A stretch of 63,654 nucleotides of DNA, filler included, from Reticulomyxa filosa (GCA_000512085.1; 22 parts of 22 records of this genome joined end to end with filler, not necessarily neighbours in it); one strand, 5' to 3'. Numbered from the whole stretch's first letter, positions 52,352 to 63,654 are shown. Numbers and translations are program-made. Notes: a model not told the origin generated them from the letters alone.

Positions 52352-53425
52352 AATGTCCAAGCCAAAGATATTTACGAAGATTGGCCCCTGTTTGGTTTAG
52401 TGTTTTGTGGGATACTGGCAACCTTGGCTCATTTGTACCTCCTGTTCCGGTTGGTTCTGGTTTGGAAGTCGTTTCGGAAGAATACCGCAGATGTATCGTT
52501 ATCGTGGGCAATGCACGGATTGTTGACAGCGTCGATCTGTAGTAATTTGGTGGTGTGTCTGGGGGCATGGGTATGGAGAACGGATTTGATATTTCCAATG
52601 AGCAAGCCAAAGTATATGTGTCGTTTGGGTTACGACGTGTACTTTACAGCATACGGGATGAGCAAAATGTTGGTGTATTTATTGTTGGCTTATCGGTTGG
52701 AAAAAGTGTTTGAAGAGAGTGCTTACGCAGTGAGCAAAGTTTTTTTGTTATGTTTTCGGTCCTATATCGTGATCGCGTATCTCATTTTGCAAATCGTTTA
52801 TTTGGTCAGTGCCAAAGTCACCATATATTCCTCCAAGACGTATCACATCCGCTTTTGCATGACCCATGTCAGCACAACCAACTATGTCGTACTCTCTCTC
52901 ATTCCTGTTTTCGATGTCTCCACCACTATGGTTCTTTTGGCTATGTTTTTACAAAGAATGCGTAAAAGTTTTTTTTTTTTTTTTTTTCTAATGTGTCAAT
53001 GAAATATTAACAACAAAGTGAATTAATATTTATTTATTTGAAATGACTTTTTTTTTTTTTTTTTTGTCACAATAAAAAAGGTCATGACTCCGATGTTGCA
53101 AGATGCGACGTCATTTCAAAGAGGATTCGATTTATATACGGCGTCGAATCGTGCGACAATTTTGATATGCGTATCATCTTTAAGCATTTGGTGTTTTGTA
53201 TTAGTGGGGACGTTTGGATGGGCAGACTTGCGCTTCTTCATTTCTTTGGATTGCACCATTCATAGCATTTGTGTGTTTTGTATCTTCAAATTTGGTGATG
53301 ATATCTTTGGCTTTTGTTGCAAGTGTTGCTCGCGCTTTTGCTTCTTGATCTTTGCTGAAGGCTTGCAGCATGACGCTCTTGCGATGGGTGTTGAAGTCAC
53401 TTCCTTCGATTCATCTCGTACATAA
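52352..53425 (+). CDS. 7TM/GPCR-like membrane protein C
   Basis: About seven TM segments; MCRLG, KMLVYLLLAYRLEKVFEESAY, FCMTH (second-loop Cys), SLDCTIHSICVFCIF, Cys-rich tail FCCKCC; intron ~52962-53081. Confidence 0.65.
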
Positions 53426-54225
53426 AAAAAAAAGGATAGGGAAGAAGGGGGGGAGGGGGGCAAGGGAGGGGGGAAGGGGAAAAATAGTAGTAATTACATG
53501 CACTAAATAATGTAGGGCACTCGATAAAAGTAAATAGCATTTTTTTTTTTTAAACAATTTGAAAAAGCTTTATTTTATTGTTAGTTTTAAGTAAAAGTTT
53601 TGCTTTTGATACATGCATACAACATCGTCATTGCAATTAGTGAAAACGTTCAATTCTAGTTCCATCTGCTTTGTTTTCTTGTTTATTTAGGTTTTTTTAG
53701 TTTTTCTTCTGTATAGCTGTAAAAATTCTGTGCATCCCTCCTTTTTTTTGCTTTGCCTTGTTATGGCTATTAAACAAGGAAAAAGAAGGTAAATAGTAGT
53801 TAGTTTTCTTTTCATCTGGTCAGCACACGGGGAAATGAAAGCGAAATACTGAAAACTGCAAAGAAAAACGAAGAAAAGTTAAAAAAACAACACTTATTGT
53901 AAAAGCTCTCATAGCATTGATGTGGCAAAGATCCGCGCTTGAAATGTCTCTGTCTCCACTTTTTTGGAAAAAAGTAAATTATTCTCAAACTGAATGATTC
54001 TTTTGACGTTTCATTTGATCCAATACAAATGTCGGACATTCAACAGAAGCAAATCATTTTAAATTGTCCACAAGACATATAGCTTTTAATATCATTCTAA
54101 TTTTTATTTGACCAGATAGTTTATTAAATTGAAAAGTGTTGTTATCTTTATCGTATTCAATTGATAATTAAATTACATTTTTCATAATTTTTTTTTTGTA
54201 GTGTGAAAAAAAAATGACACATATA

Positions 54226-55104
54226 CAGTGTTTGCAAAAAAAAGTGCACCAAAAAAAAAGGGGCTTTTTTAGTATTTTACTTGTATATCTTTATTGAAAA
54301 GAGCTAAAGTAAAAATAATTTTGTATATACATAGAACAAATCACAGACTATCTTTCATATGTTGTACTATCTTATATCTTGCTTTATTTGAAATGTTATA
54401 CATTCAATTTTTTTTAGCTGACTTTTGTAGTATGCTTTTTTTTTAACAAAAATTTTTTATTAAATCTCTATCAAACTGTAAATAAAAAATAATCCGTTTA
54501 ACAAAAGTTTACACTTTTATTTAAAAGAAGCTTTTATGTTTAATTTACTGCTTGGTAAAATTGACATTTGCCTTTATCAAAGCATGCACGTAGGCATTGA
54601 AGCAATAAGATTATCACATAAATCACATTCAATCTAGTACCATTACTCGATAAACTAATCAGAACTAATATTTGCTGGAAAATAGTCTATTTTTGTAAGT
54701 ACGGCATTTGGTAATCCACCAAAGATTCTAAATTGGATTAAGATCTTGTTTTGCAACTTTTCACATATACTTTCTATCTAAAAGCATTTGCAAAGCTATT
54801 CCATTTGTAAATTCGTCACAGTGCTTCTACATAATGCTTTTTACTTTCTTATGTGTTTATTGTGCAGTATAATTCATTTTAAACTTTTTTTGTGGTAAGA
54901 TAGTTTTTTTGAACATTGAATTTTTCAAACTTCTGAGGAAAAAGAAAGATGCATAGCTTTTCAAATAAATGCAAGAGATAGTCTGATTTGTTCTATGTAT
55001 CTACAAAATTATTTTTACTTTAGCTCTTTTCAATAAAGATATACAAGTAAAATACTAAAAAAGCAACATTTTTTTTAGATTTATGGTTTTTTTGTAAGAT
55101 ACTG
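54226..55104. mobile_element. MITE-like non-autonomous element with long terminal inverted repeats (Tc1/mariner/pogo-type ends)
   Basis: Near-perfect ~90-nt inverted repeat 54263-54353 vs 54976-55064, with degenerate extension outward to TA|CAGT (54224-54229) and ACTG|TA (55101-55106). No ORF inside. Confidence 0.7.
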
Positions 55105-55380
55105 TATCATGCTCTTTAAAAATGTTTTCAATGTTTCTAATGATAGTGTTGATGATTTAATGTATATTTTTTTAAGTTTTTTATGCTTTACGTTTTTTTT
55201 GCAATAAATAAAATGTCATGTGAAAAAACTAATTTGATTCACGATTTGAACAAACAAAACAGCATTTTATTTGGATTTTTTTGACTTAATTTTTTTTTAA
55301 TTTGAAATCATTTTGTTGATAGAGACAATATTTCTTTATAAAAATTGATGTCAAACATTTTTTAGTCATAAAAAACAGCA

Positions 55381-56760
55381 CTATCCCCAAATGTGAATAT
55401 AACCATCTCCTGAACCATAACACAAATTAATACCACAATCACTATAATTATTGTCTTTACTTTTCTTTTCTTTCATTTTTAATTGTAAAAATTTCATACA
55501 GTATATTCCTTTTTTTTCTTCGCTTCCTTTGATCACATACAATTCTTTTTATTTGATCGAATATCCCAAAAACGAATTGTATTATCATATGACCCAGAAC
55601 ATATCACATTTGAACGACAGCCAACTTCATTATTATTTATTACAAATGGTGAATATTCTACACACATCACAGTGTCTGTATGTCCTTTGAACACTTGAAT
55701 TTGTTGGCCAGATCGAATATCACACAAACGAACAATTGGATCATCCGATCCAGATAATATTGTATTTGCACCACCACTAAATCCTAATTCATTTGATCCA
55801 TATTTTACACAAGTCACACAATTTTTATATCCTTTGAATACAATCAGTTGTTTGGATGTTTTAATATCCCATATGCGAATAGTTTCATCCCATGAACCAG
55901 AACAAATGGTATATCCATTACCACCAATTACGCCAATACAATTACTTTTATTATTTTTGTTATTGCTTTGTAATGGAGAAATATCAACACAACAAATACC
56001 ATCTGAATGTCCTTTAAAAATATGTAACGATTCGAATGTTTCAACATCCCATAAACGAATAGTTTTATCAAATGATCCAGAGCACAAATATCTACCACCA
56101 TTAAATGGTGAAAATTCAATGCTATTAACACTACCAGCATGCCCAACGAATATTTGGAATTGTTGATTATCCTCAATATCCCAAAAAAGAATTGTTCTGT
56201 CATTTGATGAAGAGCAAATAACATTACGATGATCATTACAGTGATATGGTGAAAACTTTACGCAATGTACAGACTTTGAATGTTCATTGAATAACTGAAT
56301 TTGCTTGTTGTTATTAAAATCCCATACACGAACTGTTTCATCTGATGATCCAGAACAAAGGAATTGGCTATCAGCAAATATTGTATAATCAATACTGTTT
56401 ACACAATGAGTATGTCCAGCGAATATTTTGAGTAATTTAGACGATGAACGAAATATATCAATCATGAAGAAGTCCGTTGCCTGTATTAAATGATGATAAC
56501 GAATAATAAACAAATATATATCATTAAATGAACAACAAAAACATAACATAATTGACAATAAGTTTGTCAAAATTATGTATCCATCCAAATTTAATGTGTA
56601 ATACTCGAGTCCAATGCTGGATAATTATTTGAATCTTTTCTTCTTCTGACTGATTCAATCACAAATCACACAAAACAAAAACATAAATATAACAGACTCG
56701 AAAAATTGAAATGAAGTTTACTAATGTTAGTTGCATTGCAGCTTGTCTTTCGTTGCTCAT
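55381..56760 (-). CDS. WD40-repeat protein of expanded family (3 exons; one-base frameshift near 3' end)
   Basis: Exon 1 MSNERQAAMQLTL (56760-56722); exon 2 SEEEKIQIIIQHWTRVLHIKFGWIHNFDKLIVNY (56649-56548); exon 3 from 56480 with GH...WD repeats. An extra A in the run at ~55546-55550 restores ELYVIKG...YIHIWG*. Confidence 0.85.
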
Positions 56761-57504
56761 TTTTCAATTTTTTTGTCTTGGACTGTATAATGTGAATTTT
56801 TTTTAAGACCAGTAAGGAGTTTTTTAAAAAATTCCAATACACGAAAAACAACTTTCCTTATATATTTGTGATCCACGTATTAATTGAATTTTTAAAAAAG
56901 ATATTATTTCATTAAATTGAGCAATAAAAGATTTATTTCCAATCAAACAAAGAAAAATACAAAAATATGTTTTGTTTCAGTTTGAAGACCAAACACAATT
57001 TCAATTTTTGTAATGAAAATTACTTTTGTGGTTTTGGGCATTTTCTTGTATCACATTAACAAAAAATTTTTTCTAAAAAACAACACATTTGCAGATTTTT
57101 TTGAAGTAATTTATTGAAAGTGAGAAGATATTTTGCCGAACCAAAAGAGCAATTTAATTTTTGAAATTTAAAAATGTAGTTCTAGAAAGTAATGTCCACA
57201 TTACTCAGTTTTTAATAATTCTATTATCGCATACACAAAATACAAAAAAACTGACAGGAAAGGATGAAAACAAATGATGACTCCACCATATCAATGAGAA
57301 ACGCAAAGTAGAAACGACAAGCGACCTACTGGCGAAAGTTAGGAAACAGAGAAAAANNNNNNNNNNNNNNNNNNNNNNNNNNNNNNNNNNNNNNNNNNNN
57401 TTAATTAATTAANNNNNNNNNNNNNNNNNNNNNNNNNNNNNNNNNNNNNNNNNNNNTTCCGGGTTTTTAAAAACCCGGAATTCAAACCCTTTCGGTTCCA
57501 ACCA

Positions 57505-57685
57505 AGGACATACTATTGTACCAACATCAATAGATCATACAATTCGATTATGGGATGTAAAGTTAGGAATTGAATTACAAAATTTGGAAGGACATAGTTT
57601 TGCTGTTACTGGAATAATATTTAACAAGATGGTAATACAATTGTATCTTCTTCAAATGATATTCGATTATGAGGTGCTTTGTAAA
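57505..57685 (+). pseudogene. WD40 gene 3' remnant
   Basis: SIDHTIRLWDVKLGIELQNLEGHSFAVTG, then a frameshift and IVSSSNDIRL*. Confidence 0.7.
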
Positions 57686-57826
57686 ACAAAATATATTGTA
57701 ATATTATTAATAATAAAAATAAACATTTTTTAAACATTATTAAATAAATAATATATTTGATAACAAGGTTATTTGGATATATTAGAAAGGGTTTTTCACA
57801 GTCTTTTTCAAAAAAAGACTTCTAAT

Positions 57827-59007
57827 ATGGGTAATCAAAATAAAACTCACTTTCAAAGTTTGAAAGATTTACCCTTACCATTTTATCTTCCTCAATGTAT
57901 ATCACATCAACATGAACTCCTCATTTGTGGGGTACTTATCAAACTAATTGTTATTCTTATCATACAGTCAAAAACGAGTACAAATTTATCTGTTCGTATC
58001 CACGTGATATAACACTACTAGGACATTGTGTAGTGAAACTAACAGATAATAGTAATAACAAAGATAGTAACCAAATCACTTTATTATCTTTTGGTGGAAG
58101 AAAATTTTCAACTAAACATACATTAATAATGAAATATATAAGTGTTTGGAATGATGAAAATAACAATGATAATAATTCTAATAAATGGATACCATTTACA
58201 GATACTTATAACAATCAAGTTCAAATTGGAAGATTTGGAGATGATTATCATGGAATGCGTGCAGTGATTGGTGGAAGTAATAATCATTTGTTATTTATCA
58301 CTTATCTTTTAAAGAAAATTAGTATATTTAATTTAAATACATTTCAATTCATTAAACATGATAATTTACCAATTAAGAATGTAATGTCATTTCATTGCTT
58401 TGTATCAAAACCAGAACAAGAAATGATGAAAGCAAATAAAAAAAATTATGAAATGTTATTATTTTGTAAAGATATAGGATTATCAATAGAATATGACGAA
58501 GATGATAATACTTTTCAATTTTATCAATTACCCATTTATTATGATTTTAGATCATTCGATAAATATGCATATGTATGTATAAATGATAGTATATTATTCT
58601 TTGGTGGATATGGACGGAAAGACAACACTTATATTTCAAAATCAATACACGGATATTTAATACAAAGAAATATATGGATTACATTTAAACATACTTTACC
58701 TATTCCAATACGTGGTTGTTTTGGAATATTAAATGAAGATAAAAAATATATACATATAATTGGAGGAAGTAATTATGAAGATATTCCATTATCAACACAT
58801 ATAAAAACAAAAGTAAATATATGGAAAGATTCTTCAAATCTGGTAATTTTATATTTTATATTTAATTTTTTTAAATATAAATGATTTTATTGTGTATACA
58901 GTTAAAAAAGAAATTAAATTTGTTATTCAACATTGGATTCGAATTTTAAAGATAAAATTAGGATGGATTAATGATTTTGACGAAATTATTATCAAATGTA
59001 TCAATTA
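57827..59007 (+). CDS. Kelch-like beta-propeller protein with MGN N-terminus (frameshift at G-run 57929-57932) and C-terminal box exon
   Basis: MGNQNKTHFQSLKDLP...ELLICG(G)TYQTNCYSYH...LLSFGG...RAVIGG...ILFFGG...IHIIGG; intron ~58843-58901; last exon KKEIKFVIQHWIRILKIKLGWINDFDEIIIKCIN*. Confidence 0.8.
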
Positions 59008-59404
59008 ATTATTCATTGGTTTTTGATTGTTTATTGAAAAATTTTTATCTTCAGAATACATAATTTATTTAGAAAGTGTACATATTTTTTCAACCTTTTT
59101 TTTCCAATTGAATTTATCTCAGGTGATACTCATTTGAAGTTTTTTTGATATAAACAAGTAATATTGAACAAATTATTTCAAAAAAATATATAATTTATTC
59201 ACATTTTACACTATTTAAAAATAGTTGTAATTTTGTTTCAATTGTGATTGACACAATCAAAAGACAATAGATAATAATACAGTATGTTGCAAAGAAAACT
59301 GAACNNNNNNNNNNNNNNNNNNNNNNNNNNNNNNNNNNNNNNNNNNNNTTAATTAATTAANNNNNNNNNNNNNNNNNNNNNNNNNNNNNNNNNNNNNNNN
59401 NNNN

Positions 59405-60771
59405 TCCCTGTGACAACACAAATTTGGATGGCAACCAATTTGAGCAGCACCATTGCCAGAGGTATCCAAGTGTCTTCGAACAGTACCCAATACCACATGT
59501 CATCGAGAATAAAGTATTTAATGCTTGCACAATAACCAAAGACGCAATATTCAATGGGATACTTGTTACATACGCTGACACAATGCTTTGAACCACTCGT
59601 TCACAATCTCTGAATCTTTCACGTGGGTCTCAATGTTTCAATTGGATACAATTTTTTTGAATTGTCGTCTTTTGTATTGTTATTCGAATATAGAGCCGCA
59701 GGAAAAGAGCCAGACAATGACACATCAATCACTTTTCCGTATATGTCAATGATAACGGCGACTATCTCCATTGCGCTGACAGATAACCTAGTCCATATAC
59801 AATGTTGTCGTAGCGCACAGCCCATCACTGGCCCGAATGAATTGGCTGCGCATTGCATAGGTGCTACATGAAAATAGCAACCATTGACTACCATTGCCGT
59901 TGTCCCAGCTATATTTGCACAAAGATAAAAAAATTTTGTTTAGCGCATCTCCATTCGAAAGCGATATTGGACAATGTGGAACTTGACTTTGTGTCGTTGT
60001 CTGGAGGATTATTTGTTTGAAATGAGATTGATTGTCTTCCAGATATGACAACGACTATCCACACATATCTTGGTACGATATCTTGAAGGTGCAGAAATAT
60101 TCACGAGATGCGACAATTGAGACCACGGGGTTGCAAATATCGATTGGTGTGTTCTTTGATTGAGTATGATTTTTTTTTTGTTCAATACGTGCTCGGGCTG
60201 CTGGTCAACTTTAACATTGCTTGCTTGATCAGAATAGATAATGCCAAATCTTTTTGCGTGTTGTCGTATAATTGATCATCAAATTGGGAGTGACTCCGGA
60301 AGTATAACCAACCAATATCCATATACTTTCGATGTATTTGTAAACAATAGTTGGCGTTGACAAAAAAAAGTGGAGCAGCAATTGAATTAAACGCATGCAG
60401 TGAAAATGTTGCATTGTGGACTGCATTACAAGTAGTAAATTCTTCGCATTGCGCACTTCTTTTCGACAACCCATTTGGAACGTCTTCAATACCAATATTT
60501 TATAAAAAGGTGGACTACAACGTGACTCCGAATTGAAATAAAAGATTAAATTCTTCGACACGCTGAAGAATGACAGAGATCCAAACATTTTTGTAATGTG
60601 ATATTCAAGCCCACTCGCCACACGACATTGGCTTGACTGTTGGTGTCCACTCATTGCATCGTTTCGTATTCGTAATCGAATAATTGGCTAAATATATTCG
60701 CATTCTCCATTCGATAGTGATCATACTAATAACCTTTCCACATATCAACACTATGTTATCACATTCTTTGT
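59405..60771 (-). repeat. Dispersed degenerate repeat family, copy 3 (longest)
   Basis: Aligns with 31240-32176 and 29870-30178. The broken minus-strand frame is shared between copies (NSFxPVMGCALRQHxIWxRLSxSAMExVAVII.....VIDVSL). Confidence 0.85.
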
Positions 60772-60946
60772 NNNNNNNNNNNNNNNNNNNNNNNNNNNNN
60801 NNNNNNNNNNNNNNNTTAATTAATTAANNNNNNNNNNNNNNNNNNNNNNNNNNNNNNNNNNNNNNNNNNNNTGTGTACTTGCTCTTCATCCCGCCATTCA
60901 TATTCGTTGTGTTGTTGTTGCCACTATTGTCACTTGTCAGTCTTTG

Positions 60947-61213
60947 TCACAAAATACTCTGGGCGTGGAACAGTCCCTCGTCCAACCATTCTAGGCACTG
61001 CTGTGGGTTACTCAGCAGCTGATATCCTATGCATGTGTCGTAGTCAATCAACTCGTCCAACGAAAACGCCACTCCGTAGTGGACGTCTGCGTTGTGCTCT
61101 TGCAACAGTTGGCGAATGTCGTTTTCGTAGCGTTCCAAAAAAAAACGACCGGCTGAGATTGTTTGGCCGCCTGTGTCATTTGAATTTTTACGTCGTGGTA
61201 CGGGCTTATTCAT
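60947..61213 (-). CDS. MCM9: MCM9-like helicase N-terminus (partial)
   Basis: FLERYENDIRQLLQEHNADVHYGVAFSLDELIDYDTCIGYQLLSNPQQCLEWLDEGL resembles the MCM9 N-terminus ([30 protein letters not shown]...IG...FP...L..FD.AL). Confidence 0.7.
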   Translation of the reverse strand: MNKPVPRRKNSNDTGGQTISAGRFFLERYENDIRQLLQEHNADVHYGVAFSLDELIDYDTCIGYQLLSNPQQCLEWLDEGLFHAQSIL

Positions 61214-61778
61214 TTGCAATGTCAGTCGAACTGAAAAGGGAAAAAATACGCAATAAAATAATATTCCAAGAACGTTCCTAGGATTAAAATATTCCTCAAT
61301 TTGGTTCAGTTTTTGCGGACAGGGGGAGAAGAAGGTACTTAAGCTTTGGCTTTCAAATAGTAAATTTAACTGAGAGTATTTTGTGGCATGTGCAAAATGC
61401 ATATAGCTAACAAAAATCCTGTAATTGCATCAAAGACGTTGGCAACAGTTCCATTACAGTTTGCTTATTTTAAAAGACACTTTATTTTTTCTATTGGAAC
61501 AGTTAAACTTTCCAAGATGCCCAACTATCAAATGTTCAGGTCACTGAATGGCAACTACTCTAAATAGGCAAAATATATTGAAATTATTTATTTTTTTTTA
61601 GGGGTACTTTTTCGAATCGAAATCAGAATAACATTGCAAAAAAATATGTTGTTTGACCAGGGGGAAAAGAAAAGGGTTTGATGAACTTTCGAAGTTGGAT
61701 TATTTGTTGTTAGGTTTGAGTTATTGAAAGAACTCCGTCGAATTGAGTTTAGGCATAACTTTCAGGGCTCAAGTAGTT

Positions 61779-62372
61779 TCAATCAGTTAATTCCAAATCG
61801 AATTCGGGATATAAACTTTTGTTAGTAGTTTGACGCATCTCTGCAAGTTTACCCAATAATATTTGAGCAGCGTCTTTCATTTCATTGTATTGATGCATTG
61901 CTTCGATCCATTCTTTCTGAAGCTTCTTGTCCCTTAATTGTCGTTTTGGTTCATTAGCTTGTTTTCTAATATCTTTCACATTTGTAATCTGAAGCTTGGG
62001 CTTTGCAAGCACTACTTGTTTTTCTGGATGTTTGATTGTTGAAGTCTTTTGGCTTTCGTTATCTTTTTCTTCAATTTTGTTTGTCTGTGTCGAGTTATCT
62101 TTCAGATGATACACTGCTATCATGTTGTTGATGTCTTTGCAGTTGATCGCATCAGGAGACGCAACATATCTATTTCCACAAGTTGGCCCATAAGAAAACT
62201 TCGCTCGTGTAGAGTTTTTTCTTTTATTATTTTGTGCATTATTGTTGGAGAGATCTTTCTCGGCTTACATGTTGGATTGGTTAGTTTCCTTTGTTCCTAA
62301 GTGTTCCAGAACTTTTCTTTGAGTTGATTCATCAAGAGATGTAAAGGGCAAAATAGAATTTTCCTTGAACAT
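61779..62372 (-). CDS. SWI5: DNA repair protein SWI5/SAE3 homolog (2 exons)
   Basis: WIEAMHQYNEMKDAAQILLGKLAEMRQTTNKSLYPEFDLELTD matches the Swi5 consensus (LHEYNDIKDVGQMLMGKLA..RGVTTKELYPEFGL..D). GT-AG intron 62268-62170 joins ATG 62372 in frame. Confidence 0.92.
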
Positions 62373-62493
62373 TAGATCTCTCAAAAAAAAATGNNNNNNN
62401 NNNNNNNNNNNNNNNNNNNNNNNNNNNNNNNNNNNNNTTAATTAATTAANNNNNNNNNNNNNNNNNNNNNNNNNNNNNNNNNNNNNNNNNNNN

Positions 62494-63654
62494 ATTATTA
62501 TTGTTATCATTATTATTGTTATCATTATTATTGTTATCACTATTGTTGTTATTGTCATTATTGATATTGTTATATTCATTGTGTGGTTGGTCTTTGTCCT
62601 GGTTGAAGATGGCAACAGGATGATAAGCACCGCCACGAACTGGACAAAGGAGACAAGGAGGATATTCAAACAAGAGGGGAGTGGAAATGAGGGCGGATTG
62701 ATCCGATTGAATTTGCTTTTGTTTTTCTTGGAAATATCTGCAAAAGTGGCAATAAAATTGGTCCTTTGGAATCGGCGCAATATCGTAGCAAGTGTTGTGA
62801 TACGCTCGATTGCAGTTCCCATCGCAAACCACCAAAACATTGGTGTCATCGCCATCCATCGAAAAACACACTCCACACTTCCATTCCACCGATGGATCAT
62901 ATAACTTGTTATCTAATCCATAAAAATCGAGATGGTATTGTGGAGTTTTCTCCTCTCTCTTCTCTTTTTCTTTTTCTTTTTCTTTCTCTTTTTCTATTTC
63001 TTCCTCTTTTTCTTTCTCTATTTCTTTCTCTTTTTCTATTTCTATTTCTTTCTCTTTTTCCTTTTCTTTTTCTTTTTCTATCATCTCCTTCTTCTTTTTT
63101 GTAAACTTCTTCTTGTCTTTATCCTCGATTTCACTTTTACCCTTATTCTTGTTCTTGCTTTTACTCTTACTCTTGTGTCTACCTTTGTTCTTCTTCTCTT
63201 TGTCTTTGTCTTTGTCTTTACCTTTACCTTTTTCTTCTTTCTTCTTCTCCTTCTCATTCTCTTTGTCATTTTCATTGTTATTTTCTTTTTCCTTTTCCTT
63301 TTCTTTTTGTTTTTGTTTTTCTTTTTCTTTTTCCTTCTCTTGATTCGCTTCATCCAAACTTACGGCAACCATCTCAATTTCTTCATCGTCATCACCATCA
63401 TTACTGTTATAGTCTTCTTCCTCTTCATCTACTTCTGTATTCATGACTTTTTCTCTTTGCACTTGTTCGCCATTGTCTTTTCGATTTTGTGTTTGGACTT
63501 GGATTTGGGTGGTCTCCACTTGGGTTTGTAATTTCGTTTGTGGCTGCAATTGTGCTTGCATTTGCACTTGTGTTTGTATTTGCGTTGGCGTTTGTATTTG
63601 TGTTTGTGTTTGTGATTGTGATTGTGTTTGTGATTGTGATTGTGATTGTGATTG
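62494..63654 (-). CDS. PHD finger / zinc-knuckle (PZP, BRPF/JADE/AF10-like) chromatin protein fragment
   Basis: CGVC...NVLVVCDGNCNRAYHNTCYDIAPIPKDQFYCHFC (C4HC3) followed by CLLCPVRGGA; flanked by (QT/QS)n, (KE)n and N-rich repeats. Confidence 0.88.

Noticed and set aside
57457-57480. Perfect 24-nt palindrome TTCCGGGTTTTTAAAAACCCGGAA
   Set aside because: It sits at the very contig edge in homopolymer-stutter sequence and is most likely a low-quality read end.
3887-62493. Regularly recurring TTAATTAATTAA as a CRISPR-like or biological repeat
   Set aside because: Always centred in exactly 44+44 Ns; it is an artificial six-frame-stop linker.
62932-63531. F/L-rich apparently membrane ORFs on the + strand (also 1587-2222, 247-570)
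   Set aside because: Antisense shadows of K/E/D/N-rich real genes on the minus strand.

Overview
This window is not one locus. It is 22 short, unrelated contigs joined by 21 artificial 100-nt spacers (44 N + TTAATTAATTAA + 44 N), so adjacency across a spacer means nothing. Nearly all contigs are AT-rich eukaryotic DNA with short GT-AG introns, poly-T tracts and microsatellite-encoded low-complexity protein. The expanded WD40, kelch-like, NACHT-WD40 and caspase-like families strongly suggest a foraminiferan such as Reticulomyxa filosa (inference). One contig (32277-33740) is high-GC bacterial DNA encoding a TetR regulator and an alpha/beta hydrolase. Recognisable genes: a MYCBP2/Highwire-like fragment, an actin-related protein, an SDR, an SLC12 cation-chloride cotransporter, DAD1/OST2, a GRASP55/65 last exon, MCM9 N-terminus, SWI5/SAE3, a PZP-type PHD protein, three related 7TM-like proteins, a NACHT-pentapeptide-WD40 NLR-like protein and several pseudogenes. 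The most interesting observations are: (1) a ~33-aa box shared by the N-terminus of a WD40 protein and the C-terminus of a kelch-like protein, a candidate lineage-specific adaptor module; (2) a kelch-like / PB1-like / caspase-like locus which, with the NLR-like gene, hints at a protist innate-immunity or cell-death toolkit; (3) a dynein stalk/MTBD gene that ends with no room for the rest of the motor; (4) a highly degenerate RNA-dependent RNA polymerase-like protein; (5) a TA-flanked CAGT...ACTG MITE-like element; (6) a three-copy degenerate dispersed repeat family. All family calls come from motif recognition by eye; no searches were run.
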